In this document: positions 39,581-58,330 of the stretch, piece after piece
Layout: each line of letters opens with the position of its first letter
Position numbering within the stretch: the first letter of the stretch is position 1
NCBI RefSeq assembly: GCF_009914755.1
Contig: NC_060934.1
Source of the DNA: the human T2T-CHM13v2.0 reference genome, Homo sapiens
DNA length: 64,000 nt
Direction: 5' to 3' (one strand)
Translations under genes and position numbers: made by a program
Notes under the pieces: generated by a model
Database searches by the model: none
The model's input: the letters and a program-made list of their open reading frames with translations, nothing else
What the model was told of the DNA's origin: nothing

Positions 39581-40804
39581 TGTTAAGGATAACTAGAGCT
39601 GGACAGAAATTAAACCAGTGAGGATGGAGTCTATTAAAGAAAAACAAAACAAAACAAAAACTATTGCAGTAGCAGAAGAGAGATTCCAGTTCTATAGAAA
39701 TAGAACTGGATTCAACTCCAAATATAATTAGAACAAAATGGAGATTTATAGCCAAGAAGCAAGTTGGGGATATGGGGAAATTGATAGCTGGAAAACTACT
39801 AAGAAGAGGAGACATCAAGTCTGGGGGGATTCTGGCTGAACTGGCCAAACGGGATTCCTGCTGAAGGCAGGGCAGGATGACCAGATACCATCTTGGAATA
39901 GTGGAGATGAAGAGTTTGATCAGATACCAAATATGAAGGTGAAACAGGAGAGTTCCCTGAGCCCCCTCACAGAACGTGCAACAGGGGTGCGGCTCATCTA
40001 TTTAGTCGCCACTGCTGCTCAAACCCCTACGGGAGTGGGAGCATGCAGACGGACAGGTGCAAGAGCTCAAATGGGCATGCGTTACAGTGTGCTAAAAGAT
40101 TAGCGTTGCCATCATGGATGATTTAAGTGTTAACCAGCCCAGTGGACCCTCTGCCTTTTTGCAAGGGCAGAGGGCCAGTGTGACAGCTTTCTGTATCCCG
40201 AGCTCTTGTTCAGCATCCCAGAAGAATTGGGTCACACATGGACCTGAAGGATGGTGAATGCGGGGATTTATTGGATGGTGGAGGTGGCTCTCAGTGGGAT
40301 GGAAGCAGAGTTGGACATGGATGGAGTGGGAAAATGATCTTCCTCTGGAGTTTGGCTTTCCAGTGGCTGATTCTCCAACCGTCCCCAGCCGAACTCCTCC
40401 TGATGTTCAGACGCTCCTTCTCTCATTCTCTTCCACACCGTTCTGACATTCATCTGCTTGTCTGCTTGTCTCCTTGTCTGTCCCTGAAGCCTGGGGTCTG
40501 GGTTTTACATGGGTACAGGATAGGGGGTTTGGCAGGCCAAAAGGCAAGTTCTGGGTGCGAAAACAGGAATTTAGGGCCATGGGTATCCAGGTGTGAGGGT
40601 GGGGCCTTTGCTGGAGAACCACCCTCCTCTACCCAGTATTTCCCTGTCTCCTGTCTGTATCATAGGGTTGGGAGTTCTGCTAAGCTGACCTAGCAGGATT
40701 CATGCTAAAACTGGACTCCACAAAGAAAGTACATGAACAGGCCTGTAGAAGAGAAGATTCAGGGGAGTTTGACTAAGGTTTGGCCAAGAAAAGAATCTTA
40801 GTCA
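39581..40804 (-). mobile_element. ERV1 LTR, MER31/MER67 group, interrupted
   Basis: reverse complement begins tgactaagattcttttcttggccaaaccttagtca; internal tatctgatcaaa motif. Confidence 0.75.
39940..40662 (-). mobile_element. ERV1 solo LTR, LTR1/LTR27/MER52 group
   Basis: reverse complement begins tgatacagacaggagacagggaaatactgggtagag; TG..CA ends; near-TSD aagg/tagg. Confidence 0.8.
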
Positions 40805-41434
40805 ATACAAAGGTGTTTAGCAGGAAACTGAAACGGTAAAAAGCCAAATTTAAGATATCAGGGTAGTAGCAATTGTAGGAAACAACTGTCATTCCCAGGG
40901 CTGGGGCAGCAAAGGAAATAAATGAATTATTAAAACAATAACCTAAAAGAGGAGCCCTGCAAAGCTGAAACTCAGACCCCTCATGGCAGAGCACAGGCTG
41001 GCCTGCCTGGTGTCTGTAAGGTCAGGGGAGCGTGAGGCTGGTTTTGTAAGTGATGAAAAAATTGCAAACTGAATAGAGCTGCTGCCATTGCTGCTGCCAG
41101 GATAAAAAAAGAAAGATGTGGTTGTTGGTCATTCTAATGCTAGGCTGTCCAGAAACAAACAGGAAAGAGCAAATCTCCCTCTCCTCCAGCTAGCTTCCCT
41201 CTACTGTCCTCTTCTGGCAGAGCCTAACAGATACAGCTGGCAATGCAAGAATACAGTTTGCAGAGTTTCAGCTCCAGCATTACAGAGCTAGGTAAAGTTG
41301 GTGTGGAGCTGTGACAGTTACTTAATAACTGGCACAAATATAATATAATGAAAATATTTGTGTTTAAATAAAAAGAACTATCTTAAATTTCAAATAAATG
41401 TAGGATAAGAGTGTTCCTCCTCTCTTTATGAATT

Positions 41435-41837
41435 TGTTAAATCAAATTTAGCCTAAAGCTGCCTCCTTACATATTTAAAGTTTGACCTGAAATATTTTAA
41501 GTTTGTTACATTGTGAACTATAACAAGTGCAGGTGTAAAAAGACCATAGCCTACACTTGTGCCAATCAACAGATTTTGGCCAAGCAAATGTAGCCAACTA
41601 TTTGAACTATGTTCAAATAAGGCAAATATCAAGCTGTAACGAATCCAGTTGTTTTTGTACCTCACTTCCATTTTTTGTATGTCATTTTCTGTTTCTATTT
41701 ATAAATCTTCTTCTGCCACGTGGCTGCGCTGGATTCTCAGAGCCTACTCTGGCTTGAGAGGCTGCCCGATTTGCGAATAGTTCATTGCTTAATTAAACTC
41801 CTTTAAATTTAATTCAGCTCAAGTTTTTCTTTGAACA
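41435..41837 (+). mobile_element. MER57 solo LTR
   Basis: tgttaaatcaaatttagcctaaagctgcctccttacatattt; TSD aatt. Confidence 0.9.
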
Positions 41838-42370
41838 AATTTTATAACCAGTTGCATGACAGGAATGTCAATCTTTAAGAAATCAACTGCTATTTCTAAT
41901 TCCCAAAAAATGTGAGATGCCACTATAGAACATGTTACCAAGATTGAGGCCAAAGACTAAATCATGTTTGTGGGAGGAACATCAACAGGAGGAGGAAGAG
42001 AAATTATGTACCTGAAATATTCAGTGTCAGCAACATTTACTCTGTGACTTTTATAAGAAGGTGAATATGGAGGAATTCTAGAAATTTAAGTTATTCCCAA
42101 ACTCATATTCTGTGATGCCATGACATACTCACTCAAGTCTTTGTAAGGATCGTTTTTGGAGTGATGTAAACTACATTAATTTGTTCTTAGTGCTAACTGT
42201 AGACAGTAGTATGTCATTATGCCAATCAATTGTATTCAAAACAATTCCACAAATGTTTATTGAGAATTTTTCAAATTGCAAGGAATCATGATCAGCAACC
42301 ATATTCAAGGAGCTTAGAAACTTTAAAAAACCTTTTGACATACTACTTTTGTAGAAGTAAAAGAGAAATT

Positions 42371-42771
42371 TATAGGTTTATAATAAAAATAATAATTTTC
42401 AACTCTCCCTCTCTGTCCCAGAAAGAGAAGGCTAATTCACTAAAGACTCTTAGTCAGTAGAGAAGGCATCACAGTTAAATCTGCATAGTACATCTTACTC
42501 TTGTTTTACGCTTAGATAGGCCTTTCCCCACTCCTTTCTTTCTTTGTTTCAAAGAACAATGGATATTTGAACCTAAAGTCTAAGAAATCTCTTTGAAAAT
42601 CTACTGTAGTGATTTAGTAATTTTTTCTGTGTTATCTGCCATGTATGCAGGAGGCATGCATGTTATTAAACTTCTGTTTGATGTTCTCTTGTTAATTTGT
42701 CTTTTGTTACAGGAAGTCCCAGCTAAGAACCTATGAAGGGTGGAAGGGCAAATTATTTTTCCATACCAACA
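42371..42771 (+). mobile_element. ERV1 LTR, MER34-like
   Basis: attaaacttctgttt..ttctcttgttaatttgtcttttgttacagg..agggtggaagggcaaattatttttcc. Confidence 0.6.
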
Positions 42772-42853
42772 GTTCCTTTCTCATAGAACCACAGGGAGAT
42801 ACTTTGAGTCCTGTGCTGAAGTACACAAGACAAATTTTGTTACTAAGTAGAAG

Positions 42854-43766
42854 TGTTACAGAAAAGGGGTCCTGATCCAGACCCCAAGAGAGGGTTCTTG
42901 GATCTTGCGCAATAAAGAATTCAGGGCTAGTTTATAGAGTCAAATGAAAGCAAGTTTATTAGGAAAGTAAAGGATTAAAGAATGGCTACTCCATAGACAG
43001 AGCAGCCCTGAGGGCTGCTGGTTGCGCATTTTTATGTTATTTCTTGATGATATGCTAAACAAGGGGTGGATTATTCATGCCTCCTCTTTTTAGACCATAT
43101 AGGGCAACTTCCTGAGGTTGCCATAGCATTTGTAAACTGTCATGGTGCTGGTGGGAGTGTAGCAGTGACAACGACTAGAGGTCACTCTTGTCACCATCTT
43201 GATTTTGATGGGTTTTGGCCGGCTTCTTTACTGCAACTTGTTTATCAGCAAGGTCTTTATGACCTGCAACTTATGCCAGACTCCTTCCTATTGTATCCTG
43301 TGACTTAGAATGTCTCAACTCTCTGGGAATGCAGCCCAGTAGTGTTACCAGTGGAGGGTGTCCAGGTTTTTGGCATCTTGAACAAAGAATTGGGCAAAAC
43401 ACACAAAGCAAGGACGGAATAAAGGATTTATTGAAAATGATAGTACACTCTACAGTGTGGGAGTGGGCCCGAGCACAGGGGCTCAAGGACCCCATTACAG
43501 AATTTTTGGGAGTTTAAATACCCTCTAGAGGATTCCATTGGTTACTTGGAATACGCCCTATATGAAGGGAGAGGATGAAGTAAAGTTACGAAGTCATTTA
43601 CTCCATGTAAGCCCTATGGAGAGGGTATTTCCTGTCATAGCTGAAGCGTGAATTGGCCTTATGTTCCCTGCATCCAGACCCTAGTTTCCTGCCTCAGTAG
43701 GTCTCAGCCTCATTTTACCCAGCCCCTATTTAAGATGGAGTTGCTCTGGTTCAAACACCTCTGACA
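42854..43766 (-). mobile_element. MER41A-like solo LTR, interrupted
   Basis: gatccagaccccaagagagggttcttgg ... ctctggttcaaacacctctgaca; TSD gaag. Confidence 0.92.
43343..43696 (-). mobile_element. MER51-like solo LTR nested in MER41
   Basis: reverse complement begins tgaggcaggaaactagggtctggatgcagggaacataaggcc; TSD gtag. Confidence 0.85.
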
Positions 43767-44499
43767 GAAGTAACAATAATGAATGAGATAAACAACAACA
43801 AAAAATGTTTATTTTAGAATAAACAAAGATTTGTTATTGAACCACATGGCTTATTTTGCAGTGACACCTCTGGTTACTTGCTACAGTTAAATATGAATTC
43901 CATGGCAATGGAGAAAATGCAAAATAATGAGCTCATTGGAAACTAAAATACTAACTTCTTTTATAAGCTCTAGCTAAATTATCTTTCTACTTATTTCCCC
44001 CCCACCACCACCGCAAAAAAAAAAAAAAATACATCCGAAGTCTTAGCACCAACTAATAAAGGACTTCCTTTGGCATTTACCCGTTAAAAGATAAAGTTTG
44101 ATTTCCCTCATGATTTTTAAGCCTGTAAAATAAAGTAAGAAGATAAGGCACATTAAATATCACATGGAAGTTTTAACACACAAAAAAATCTTTGCTTGAA
44201 TTTGGTGTTCTTTCTTTTGTCTACAGTTCAAGTTATCTAAGAAATCCTTTTCTTTGTAAGAAGAAATATATACATATTCTGAAGTTTACTCTACAGTCGA
44301 AGAGTTTAAACTTGTAAATGAAAAATAAAAAAAGCAAACCTAAAGAACTGCTACTCCACACCAAACCAAACAACTCTTGAAGGACAACAAAAACAGGAAA
44401 AGGGAGCATAGCTAAACTTTTACCTTTACTACTAAATCAATGATAATGAAACTGTTTCTTCAGCACAAAGATTAAAGTGTATAAGTCTCTCAGTGCAAC

Positions 44500-44862
44500 T
44501 GAAACCGCCTTTGCAAAAATCGTATCAGTAAGAAAAATTGTTATAGTAAGCTAAGCTAACCCACCCCCCATGTTGCCTTTCCCTTAATTTTTCCTGGGTT
44601 ATTGGGCTGAACTAACTTTGCAAGATGTTTAGGCTACAGTGTAAACCATAATAGGTCTTGCCCAAAACTCAACTGCTTTTGTAATGCTAATGGGAGGTCA
44701 GCAAGCTGGGAGGTGAAACAGAGCCTGAGTTCTGCCAAGGTGCAGACATAAATGATTGTCAGCCATTATTCCAGAGGTTTTAAGATATGCAATTTTACCA
44801 ACTACTCCTGCAAGTAACACCACTATTGTAGATTGGCCTTTTGAGATCTTTCCAGGTTTTTT
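44500..44862 (+). mobile_element. 5' (U3) part of an LTR8/LTR26-group ERV1 LTR
   Basis: starts tgaaaccgcctttgcaaaa; stops abruptly after ttgagatctttccaggttttt. Confidence 0.75.
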
Positions 44863-46904
<2,042 letters not shown>

Positions 46905-46992
46905 TGATTATGCAGTAATTCCTTTCTCAGAGTGAACAAAGAAGATTGATAAATAACAATAGGAATAAAAACAAAGGATATTACTTAGTAGT

Positions 46993-47069
46993 TTAGTAAT
47001 TTAGCATACTTATGCAGTTGTACTTAGTAATTTAGCGTACTTAGTAATTTAGCGTACTTATGCAGTTGT
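46993..47069 (+). repeat. Compound micro-duplication A-B-A-A-B
   Basis: A = ttagtaatttagc(a/g)tac (17 bp) x3; B = ttatgcagttgt(ac) x2. Confidence 0.9.
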
Positions 47070-47255
47070 GTATGTAAGTATCAAACACAGTAGTGAGGAT
47101 TTAGACTTTGTTATGTTAGTACTGATGTATTAAGCAAGTGATCTTTTAAGAAAGAAAATGCTATTTTTAATCATGTAACCAATTCAGAAACAGTTGTGTT
47201 GACATAACTTTAGGTCCTCATATCTTTACTTATTAAGTTTTTCATTCTTTGATAC

Positions 47256-47895
47256 TGTGAACCAAAAATAAAACACTAAGCTCCCAACTATTGGAATGGA
47301 CCCCTCCTTTTGGCCAAGGACATTCCAAAGTTAACCTGAAAAACTAGTTCAGACCATAATGGGAAGGGGGAATGGGACGTGCCTGAAAACCATTAACATC
47401 AACACAGACATTAAGACTGATGGAACAGACCCTTTAAGTCTGATAAGAAACATTTATAATCTATTCTCTCTGCAGCCTGCTACCTGGAGGCTTCATCTGC
47501 ATGATATGAGCCTTGGATTCCACAAGCCCTTATTGTAACCCAGATCTTTCCTTTCTATTGATTCTGAGTCTTTGGATAATATTTCAACCAATTGCCAATC
47601 AGAAAATCTTTGAATGCACCTATAAATCTTTGAATACACTTATCACCTAGAAGCCCCTGCTTCCAGTTGTCCTGTCTTTCCAGACTGAACCAATGTACAT
47701 CTTATATGTACTGATTTATGTCTTATGTTTCCCTAAAATGTCTAAAACCAAGTCTTAGCCCTTGGGCAACATGTGCCCACCTTGGGCACATGTTGTCAGG
47801 ACCTCCAGAGGCTGTGTCACAGTCATGTCCTTAACCTTGGAAAAATAAGCTTTTTAATTAATTGAGACGTGTCTCAGATATCTTTTGATTTTACA
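47256..47895 (+). mobile_element. MER4 (D/B-like) solo LTR
   Basis: tgtgaaccaaaaataaaa..ccaaagttaacctgaaaaactagttcag; TSD atac. Confidence 0.88.
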
Positions 47896-48154
47896 ATACT
47901 CATTTCTACCATCTAATAAAAATGATAACAATAAGTAGCATCCATTGAGGGTCTTACTAAGAACGAGGTCCTGTTCTAACTCATTGCATCTATTATCTAA
48001 TTTAATTTCCATATCTGTTCTCATTAGCTTATTTAATAAATGTTTATAGAATGTCTACAATATGGCTTATACTTTGCCAGGTCCTGGTGAACCACTGGTG
48101 AGGAAAAAAAGGAAGGAAAATATAAAAACAAAAATCTAGTTGTATCTTTTACAG

Positions 48155-51492
<3,338 letters not shown>

Positions 51493-52249
51493 ATAGGGCT
51501 TACAGCCTGGTACTTGCCTTGTGGGGCAGACACTATCATAATCCCACATTTATAGAAGAGAAAAAAAGATACAGAAAGACAATATGCATTGCTCCAGGTG
51601 ACCCCATGGAAGGTGTTGGGGCTGAGGTTCAACTCAGGGCTCTTTGTGATGCCTTCCTGTAGCTGGACTGCCTCCAAATATATTATTCTACCTCTGAGCC
51701 CCACCTAAGCTCTACTGTTCTTCCCTCTACCACCTGCCCTTGCTTAATACTTCCTATGGTGCAGCCTTGAACCATTGTGTGCTTTGGTTTCTACTGAGGG
51801 CATGTCTGTCTCCCCAGTGGATTCTGACTTCCCAAAGGCAGGTGTCATTTAAATGCATAATCTTCACCTCTATCCCTACTACCAATTTGATGCTTGTTAA
51901 TACTGCCCATTGAGGAGTAGGGTTTTACTCAGTGCAGGATATTGGAAAGAATGCCAGATTTGAAACAGGAGTAAGGCCCGTAGGCTGTGATGTCACACAG
52001 GCAGGTGTTGAAGTCATGCTCTGTCCCTTCCCATGTGTAAGACCTTAAGGAAGCTACATAGACTTAATTTATTAATCTTTAGGCTGATGAATGTAATGTG
52101 TTAACATGTAATAAAACTAGTTTACATTTAAAAATTTTTTTCCAACTCTGACTCATGAAACACAAAGCCTAGGCTGAGTGGTGTGGACATCAATCCACCC
52201 TGATTACCACAGGTATCTGAAGTAGGTTAGTGGAGTGTAGTGGAAAGAT

Positions 52250-52393
52250 CACTGCAGTGTGGTCCCTGGACTAGCAGAACTGGCAACACCTGGGAACTTG
52301 TTAGAACTGCAAAAATCTTTGGCCCAGCAACCAGTGGTTCAATTAGCCCTCCAGGTAATTCTGATGCACTGCAAAGCTTAAAACTCACTGCTG
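52250..52393. mobile_element. MER5A
   Basis: gtgtggtccctggactagcag..acctgggaacttgttagaa..ccctccaggtaattctgatgca. Confidence 0.8.
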
Positions 52394-52951
52394 TACTGAA
52401 AGCCTACCTCTGTGACTTTGGATCACCTGTTTCCTACTCTCTAGGAATCAGTTTACAAACTGATAAAATGCAGGGGTAGAGTGTGTGGTTATTAAGGCCC
52501 TCTTACCTTTGACAGTTTATAATTCTGCTCTTAATAACTGCTGATAAATGTATTAATAAATCTTATATGCCAGGCACTTTGTCAGCTGTATGATGCATAG
52601 TATTTGAAATAATCATAGGAAACCTACAAAATATAAAACTGAGGTTTAGGCAATGTATGTAACTTGTTTAGGTACACTAAAATAGCTCATTATGGAGATA
52701 GAACTAGAATCCAAAATTTTGGTTTCTAAAACTGTTTGCTAAATCACTTTGCTACAAAAACCAATGAATATGCATGTCAGCGTTGCTGACCCATTTTGTA
52801 AATTCAGAATTTACAGTCAGGAACAATGTACTGTGTTTTTCTTGGTGACTTTTTACCAAATTTCCAATAGATTGAACTAAAACTGCTAGTACAAGTTTCC
52901 AGTAAGGAATAGATGCAAACCAAAACTCAAATATCTTTGTGTTTTGGTGAT

Positions 52952-53322
52952 TGATATGGTTAGGCTTTGTGTCCCTATCCAGATCTCATCTTGAATTATA
53001 ATTCTCATAATCTCCATGTCTCAAGGGAGAGACCAAGTGGAGGGAATTGAATCATGTTTTCCCCCATGCTGTTCATGTGATAGTGAATGAGTTTTCATGA
53101 GATCTGATGATTTTATAAGCATCTGGCATTTCCCCGGCTAACACTCACTCTCCTGCTGCCTTGTGAACAAAGTGCCTGCCTCTGCTTTGTATTCCGCCAT
53201 GATTGTAAGTTTTCTGAGGCCTCCCCAGCCGTGCTGAACTGTGAGTCAATTAAACCTCTTTTCTTTATAAATTACCCAGTCTTGGGCATTTCTTTATCGC
53301 AGCATGAGAATGGACTAATACA
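52952..53322 (+). mobile_element. THE1 (THE1D-like) solo LTR
   Basis: tgatatggttaggctttgtgtccc..gtgagtcaattaaacctctt..ggactaataca; TSD gtgat. Confidence 0.92.
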
Positions 53323-54119
53323 GTGATAAAATCCCTTTTTTTGTATAGAATTTTTCTACCCAAAATAACATCCCCTCGTATGATTTTGTGCTATGTGGAG
53401 TAATGCAAAAATTCAGATATGCCCATTTAATTTTTTATTTTAACTTATCACTTTAATACTAAGAAGTCAATTCTAATCACAATTTTTAATATAACAAGGC
53501 AAATTTTCTGGATATATTACCAGGTAAATCATCTAGAGGTGTAGTTTGGAAAATGCAGTTATGGCTATGACTCATGGATTCATTCTTAAAATGAAACAAG
53601 AAGTGTTTTTCTCTCTCCATCATCTTCTAGGTAGGTTTGGCTGGCATTAGCCAGCCCTTTGACAATCTGTTTTATAAATGTCATAATATTAATAACTTTG
53701 AATAAAAATCAAGGAAACTTGCATTTGATTTTTTATTTTCTCTAAGTCTTTATTTCTTATTTGTAAAATAATAATATTTTTAAAATCCCCATTTATTTCC
53801 CAAGGGTTTAGTGAAAAACAAGTATGATAATATTGGAGATACCGTTATTTGTGGGGTACCTGATCTTTTTCAATCTTTAGTACTTGACGTGTAAGGAACT
53901 TATAGAGTTGTTATAAAGAAACACATTTTACAGGCATATACAACACAGTTTTCAGCACAAAAAGGAGTGAATACATATTTTATTTAAAAGGTCAGATAAA
54001 ACAAATGGACTTTATATTCATCTGTATCTTCAGCTTTTGAAAATATTTTACCTTTTAGTAAAATTTTATCTTCTGTGCATTTTGATTTATTTTCAAGTTT
54101 CATCACTTGAAAGTTTCAG

Positions 54120-54660
54120 TGATTTTCAAATGTTAATGTGATGTTTACTATATGCTAGACACTGGGCTAGATTCTGGGAACACAATTATATGCAAAACAA
54201 CAACTACAAAGAGCTTATTGTTCAACGATTTAAGCAAATTAATATATAAAAATTCAATTATTACCAAGTATGGTAAGTCCCATTTAAAATTACCAAGTAT
54301 GGGTAAGTCTCCAGATGAGAACTGGATGGATTATACTGATACATAGATGACATAACAGGATTTGGTGAGAGTTTTATTGTGAGAAGTGAGGGAGAGTGAG
54401 AAACCAAGAATCACTTGGCTTGGGAGGCAAGGTAGAGACAGTGGTGTCACTCAGTGGGACAGAGATTTTGGAGAGCATATTTGCACAGTAAAGTGATGTA
54501 TTCAGTATAGAACCCATTTTTTTTCAGGTGTTTTTAAGACACCTGGCTGGAAGTGGCTCAGGTGGTAATTGATTTGTATGACTTGAGTTCCAGAGATAGA
54601 GAATTTTAAATTGGGAATTAATATTTAGGAATCATCAGTATACAGACAATACCATTTTCA
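54120..54660 (-). mobile_element. L2 fragments
   Basis: tttactatatgctagacactgggctag; atttaggaatcatcagtata. Confidence 0.55.
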
Positions 54661-57600
54661 TCTTCATAGTCCTAGTCCAGCAGCTATAGAACTCTCTTCA
54701 TGGAAGATATATAGTTGCAATGTATGAACATATCAACATTTTTAGTCGACATTCAGGCGTTCCTATTTAAACAGATAAGCATGCTATTCCAATCATGAAA
54801 CCTGAAGAGAGTTAATCCATTATCTTTCATCATTCAGATATGGATTTATGTAAGAGCAGGGTTATGTTCTCACACAAACTGAGAATTCACTCAAAAGATG
54901 GATTGGGGTCACACACGCTAAAAGAGAAATCTTTACCTGCTTTTGTGAATGCTTCCTCTTTATCGCAACTCAGCAATCTTAGAGAAAATAAGGCTTAACA
55001 AGCAAGTCGTTGTTCAGATGTTGAGGAGGCAAAGTTGGGTCGATATTTTAATTTGAGTCTTACAATTATGGATGCAGATAGCATTTCTTGACACTGTGCT
55101 GATTCTTAATAGAATGCTCAACACACATTTCATTTTAGATCAGTTCTTGAAGATCCATATAATATATAAAACCAAAATTGCTCTCCTTAAAAATCTGAAT
55201 TTTCATGTTAGAGTTTCTGAGCTCTATCATTTCTCTCATCGTTCACCTCTGCCTTGTTCAAACATGCTCCATCTATTTATCCCCTATTTATCCCTTAAGA
55301 CTTGCTTAATAGCATTAAGATAGTTTTACATTTATTATGTCTTAAGAGTAAACATTATGTCTTTTCAATGATTATCTTTTTTCAATCTTTACTTACAATT
55401 AAAATAACAAAAATAGTAACATAAAATTAAAATTAAAAATAAAATGACAAATTCCATGTTTGGGCTTTACTCAGGTGCATCTAGTTTTAACTAGTATCAA
55501 ATTAACCTTCTTTTTAAATATAACTTTCTTCTCTCCAGATAGAGTGACTGCAGTGAATATCTTTGGGTGAAGCCAATTTTCTTCTTTGCAGTTGTTTCAG
55601 GTAGCAAATTAGGAGTCAATTGCTGGATCAAAGAAACCATCACTTGAATTTTTATAATTCTTTCCAAATGTTTGAACCATTTTACAGTGCCACTTATTGA
55701 TTTTAGGAGCAATTATTTTGTAGCTTTCAAATCCATTTCCTCACAAATTCCATTTCTCTGCCTTGCTGATTTTCAAATTTATAGGCATAGATGCAAATGT
55801 TTAAGATAATTTTGTTACATTGCTATTAAAGTGTTTTTATGGGAGATAGAAGGAAGGTATGAGAAGAGTTTTGTTTCATTTTAGGTGCTAGAAACAAGGA
55901 TAATATTAAAAATAATCAACAGCTCATTTGATATAGATATTGCATAATTAAAAGTAGTATCTGATCAATCAGAGTGAACAGCAAGGTGAAAAACCCATAC
56001 AGTTAGATTAGTGCATCTGAATGAATATCAGTCCTAGCTAGGAAGACAGACAATGAGCTGCTAATTTAAATATAGTTGAGACACCATAACTTGGATTCAG
56101 AAGCTTACCCTGAGATATTTAACTTGAGTTGCTAGTCACTTCATCATTAACTGCCAACTACTACAACTATTAGACTTTGAAAAGATGAGGGACTTGAACA
56201 GTTAACAGAAACTGAGAAGATTCTCACTCTTAGTTATAAGCAGATAAATGTAATTCAAAAGAAATCTAATTTTATACCCAATATTGGCAAAGATTGGAAT
56301 GTTGAATAATTTCTGGTGTTGACCAAGATATAGAGAAAAAACATGTTACAGCTATTGAAAGTGTAAATTCATACTGTCTTTTGAGAGAGCAATCTGGCAG
56401 TACTTAGAGAAATGAAGAATGGGTATTCCATATGAGCCAGGCTCCCACTCACTCAGGTCATAGGCAGACAAGGGTGAGAATGCTTATCATGACACAGTTT
56501 GAGATGAGCAACAGAGGTGCCCACATTCATTATAATGAATAATAAAAATGGGATGCATGGATATAAAGCCATATGGACAGATTTTAAAATACAATGTTGT
56601 GTGAAGCTATTAATAAATAGAAAAAGGCCTATAGCACAATGTCATTTATGTAAATTAAAATGTTTTATTTAAAATAACAAAAGGTGAATTATAAAATGTT
56701 AAATAATTAATCTCAATACACTGTATTTTTATTTTGCAATCCAGTATAAATTACTATCCTCATACTTTAAATATTTTTCTTTATCCCTAATGTGAAAAGT
56801 AATTTTTAATTTTTAGATTTCATTGTTTTCTAAGAAATCTGGAGAAGAAGCTTATTTGATAGTAGAAATGGTTTAAACGATAAAAAAAGATAAAATGACA
56901 AAATGCATAATTGTATGTATGTATATATAAAGAGAGATTACAATTAGATTGATAAACAGAAATCATCAAATTTCCCTCCAGATGAGCCTTTACCAAGGTC
57001 ATGCATCCAGCATCTTCTTTTTATGGGATGGAAAAAGTAGGGCAGGAAAGGTAGTGGGGACTGGGTTGGAGGGGTACAATAAAATGCAACAATTGGGGCA
57101 TATAACATGCAAATGTGATAATAGTATTCTTTAATCTAAGCAGTATGATTAACTCAACTGTTTCTACTGAGATCAAAGTAGAAAGAAAGAAAACGAAGAA
57201 AGGAAGGAGTCAGGGAGGGGCAGAGAACAAGACACAGAGAGAGAGGAAGTTTGGCAGGCATAAAGACAGATGCAAGGGAATAAATAAAGAAAAGTGAAGC
57301 AGTATTTTCTTTTTTGGAGGCAGTGGACTGTACATAAAAATTAAATTTAGTACCTCAACAGGGTAGTTGCAAAAATTTTGGAAGGGAAGTAAAAAGCAAA
57401 ACTGGGAAAACATATTTGCAAAATATATAATAGTCAAAGGGTTATTTTCTTTGGCATATTAGGCAATCCTACAAGTTCACAACTCAATAGCAAAGAACAT
57501 TTATAGTATAGACAGTTCACAGAAGAAGGACTACAAATAGCTAAAAATTATATTAAAAATTGCTAGAATTATTCATAATGAAAGTACTGTAAACAAAACA

Positions 57601-57844
57601 ATAATTTGATTTGTTCACTTATTAAACTGTCGCATATTACCAAGTTTTATAATGCCCAACACTGGTGAATGGAAGAATTCTAGAAATTTCATATTCTGTT
57701 GAAGAGAGTATATAATTAATACAGCCTCATTTAAAGGACAATTTGACCATATCATTCAAAATTTAAGATGTGTTTCTATTTGACTCACATGTCTTAGAAA
57801 TTATCCTATGCATTTATTAACATGTGGAAATACATATGTATTTA

Positions 57845-58330
57845 TCATCTGTGTAATTTGGGTAATTTCTTTAACTTCTATGTGCGTCATTTTCCTTATT
57901 TGGGTAAAACTGAGGTAATAATAGTGACTACTTCATAAAGTTGATGTGAGGATTGAATTATTGACATGTGGCTGGGTGTGGTGGCTCATGCCTGTAATCC
58001 CAGCACTTTGGGAAGCTGAGGCAGGAGGATCACATAAGGCCAGGAGTTTGAGACCAGCTTGGCCAACATGACAAAACCCCGTCTTTACTAAAAATACAAA
58101 AATTAGCCAGGTGTGGTGGTGCCTACCTGTAATCCCAGCTGCTTGGGAGGCTAAGGTGGGAGAATTGTTTGAACCTGGGAGGTGGAGGTTGCGGTAAGCA
58201 GTAAGTTGCAGTTGCACTGCACTCCAGCCTGGGAGACAGAGCCAGACTCCATCTCAAAAAAATTAAAAAAAATAAATATTGACAGGTAAGTCACTTAGAA
58301 TAGTAACTGGAACATAGAAATAATAACATC
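57845..58330 (+). mobile_element. MIR interrupted by an Alu
   Basis: ctgtgtaatttgggtaatttctttaac..gttgatgtgaggatt | cacttagaatagtaactggaacatag. Confidence 0.7.
57970..58275 (+). mobile_element. Alu (older S/Jb-like)
   Basis: full dimer; flanking tattgaca duplicated. Confidence 0.92.

Larger units (their letters stand above)
39508..41336 (-). mobile_element. Ancient MaLR LTR (MLT1N2/O-like), split by two nested ERV1 LTRs
   Basis: caggagacagaac..agttatttgaacagag at left; resumes ~40805 and ends aataactggcaca. Confidence 0.65.

Noticed and set aside
46993-47069. CRISPR-like repeat array
   Set aside because: Eukaryotic DNA, no unique spacers, units too short, no cas genes.
54260-54309. Short direct duplication attaccaagtatg(g)gtaagtc, and similar ones near 31302 and 47604
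   Set aside because: Ordinary ~20-30-bp tandem duplications inside old repeats.
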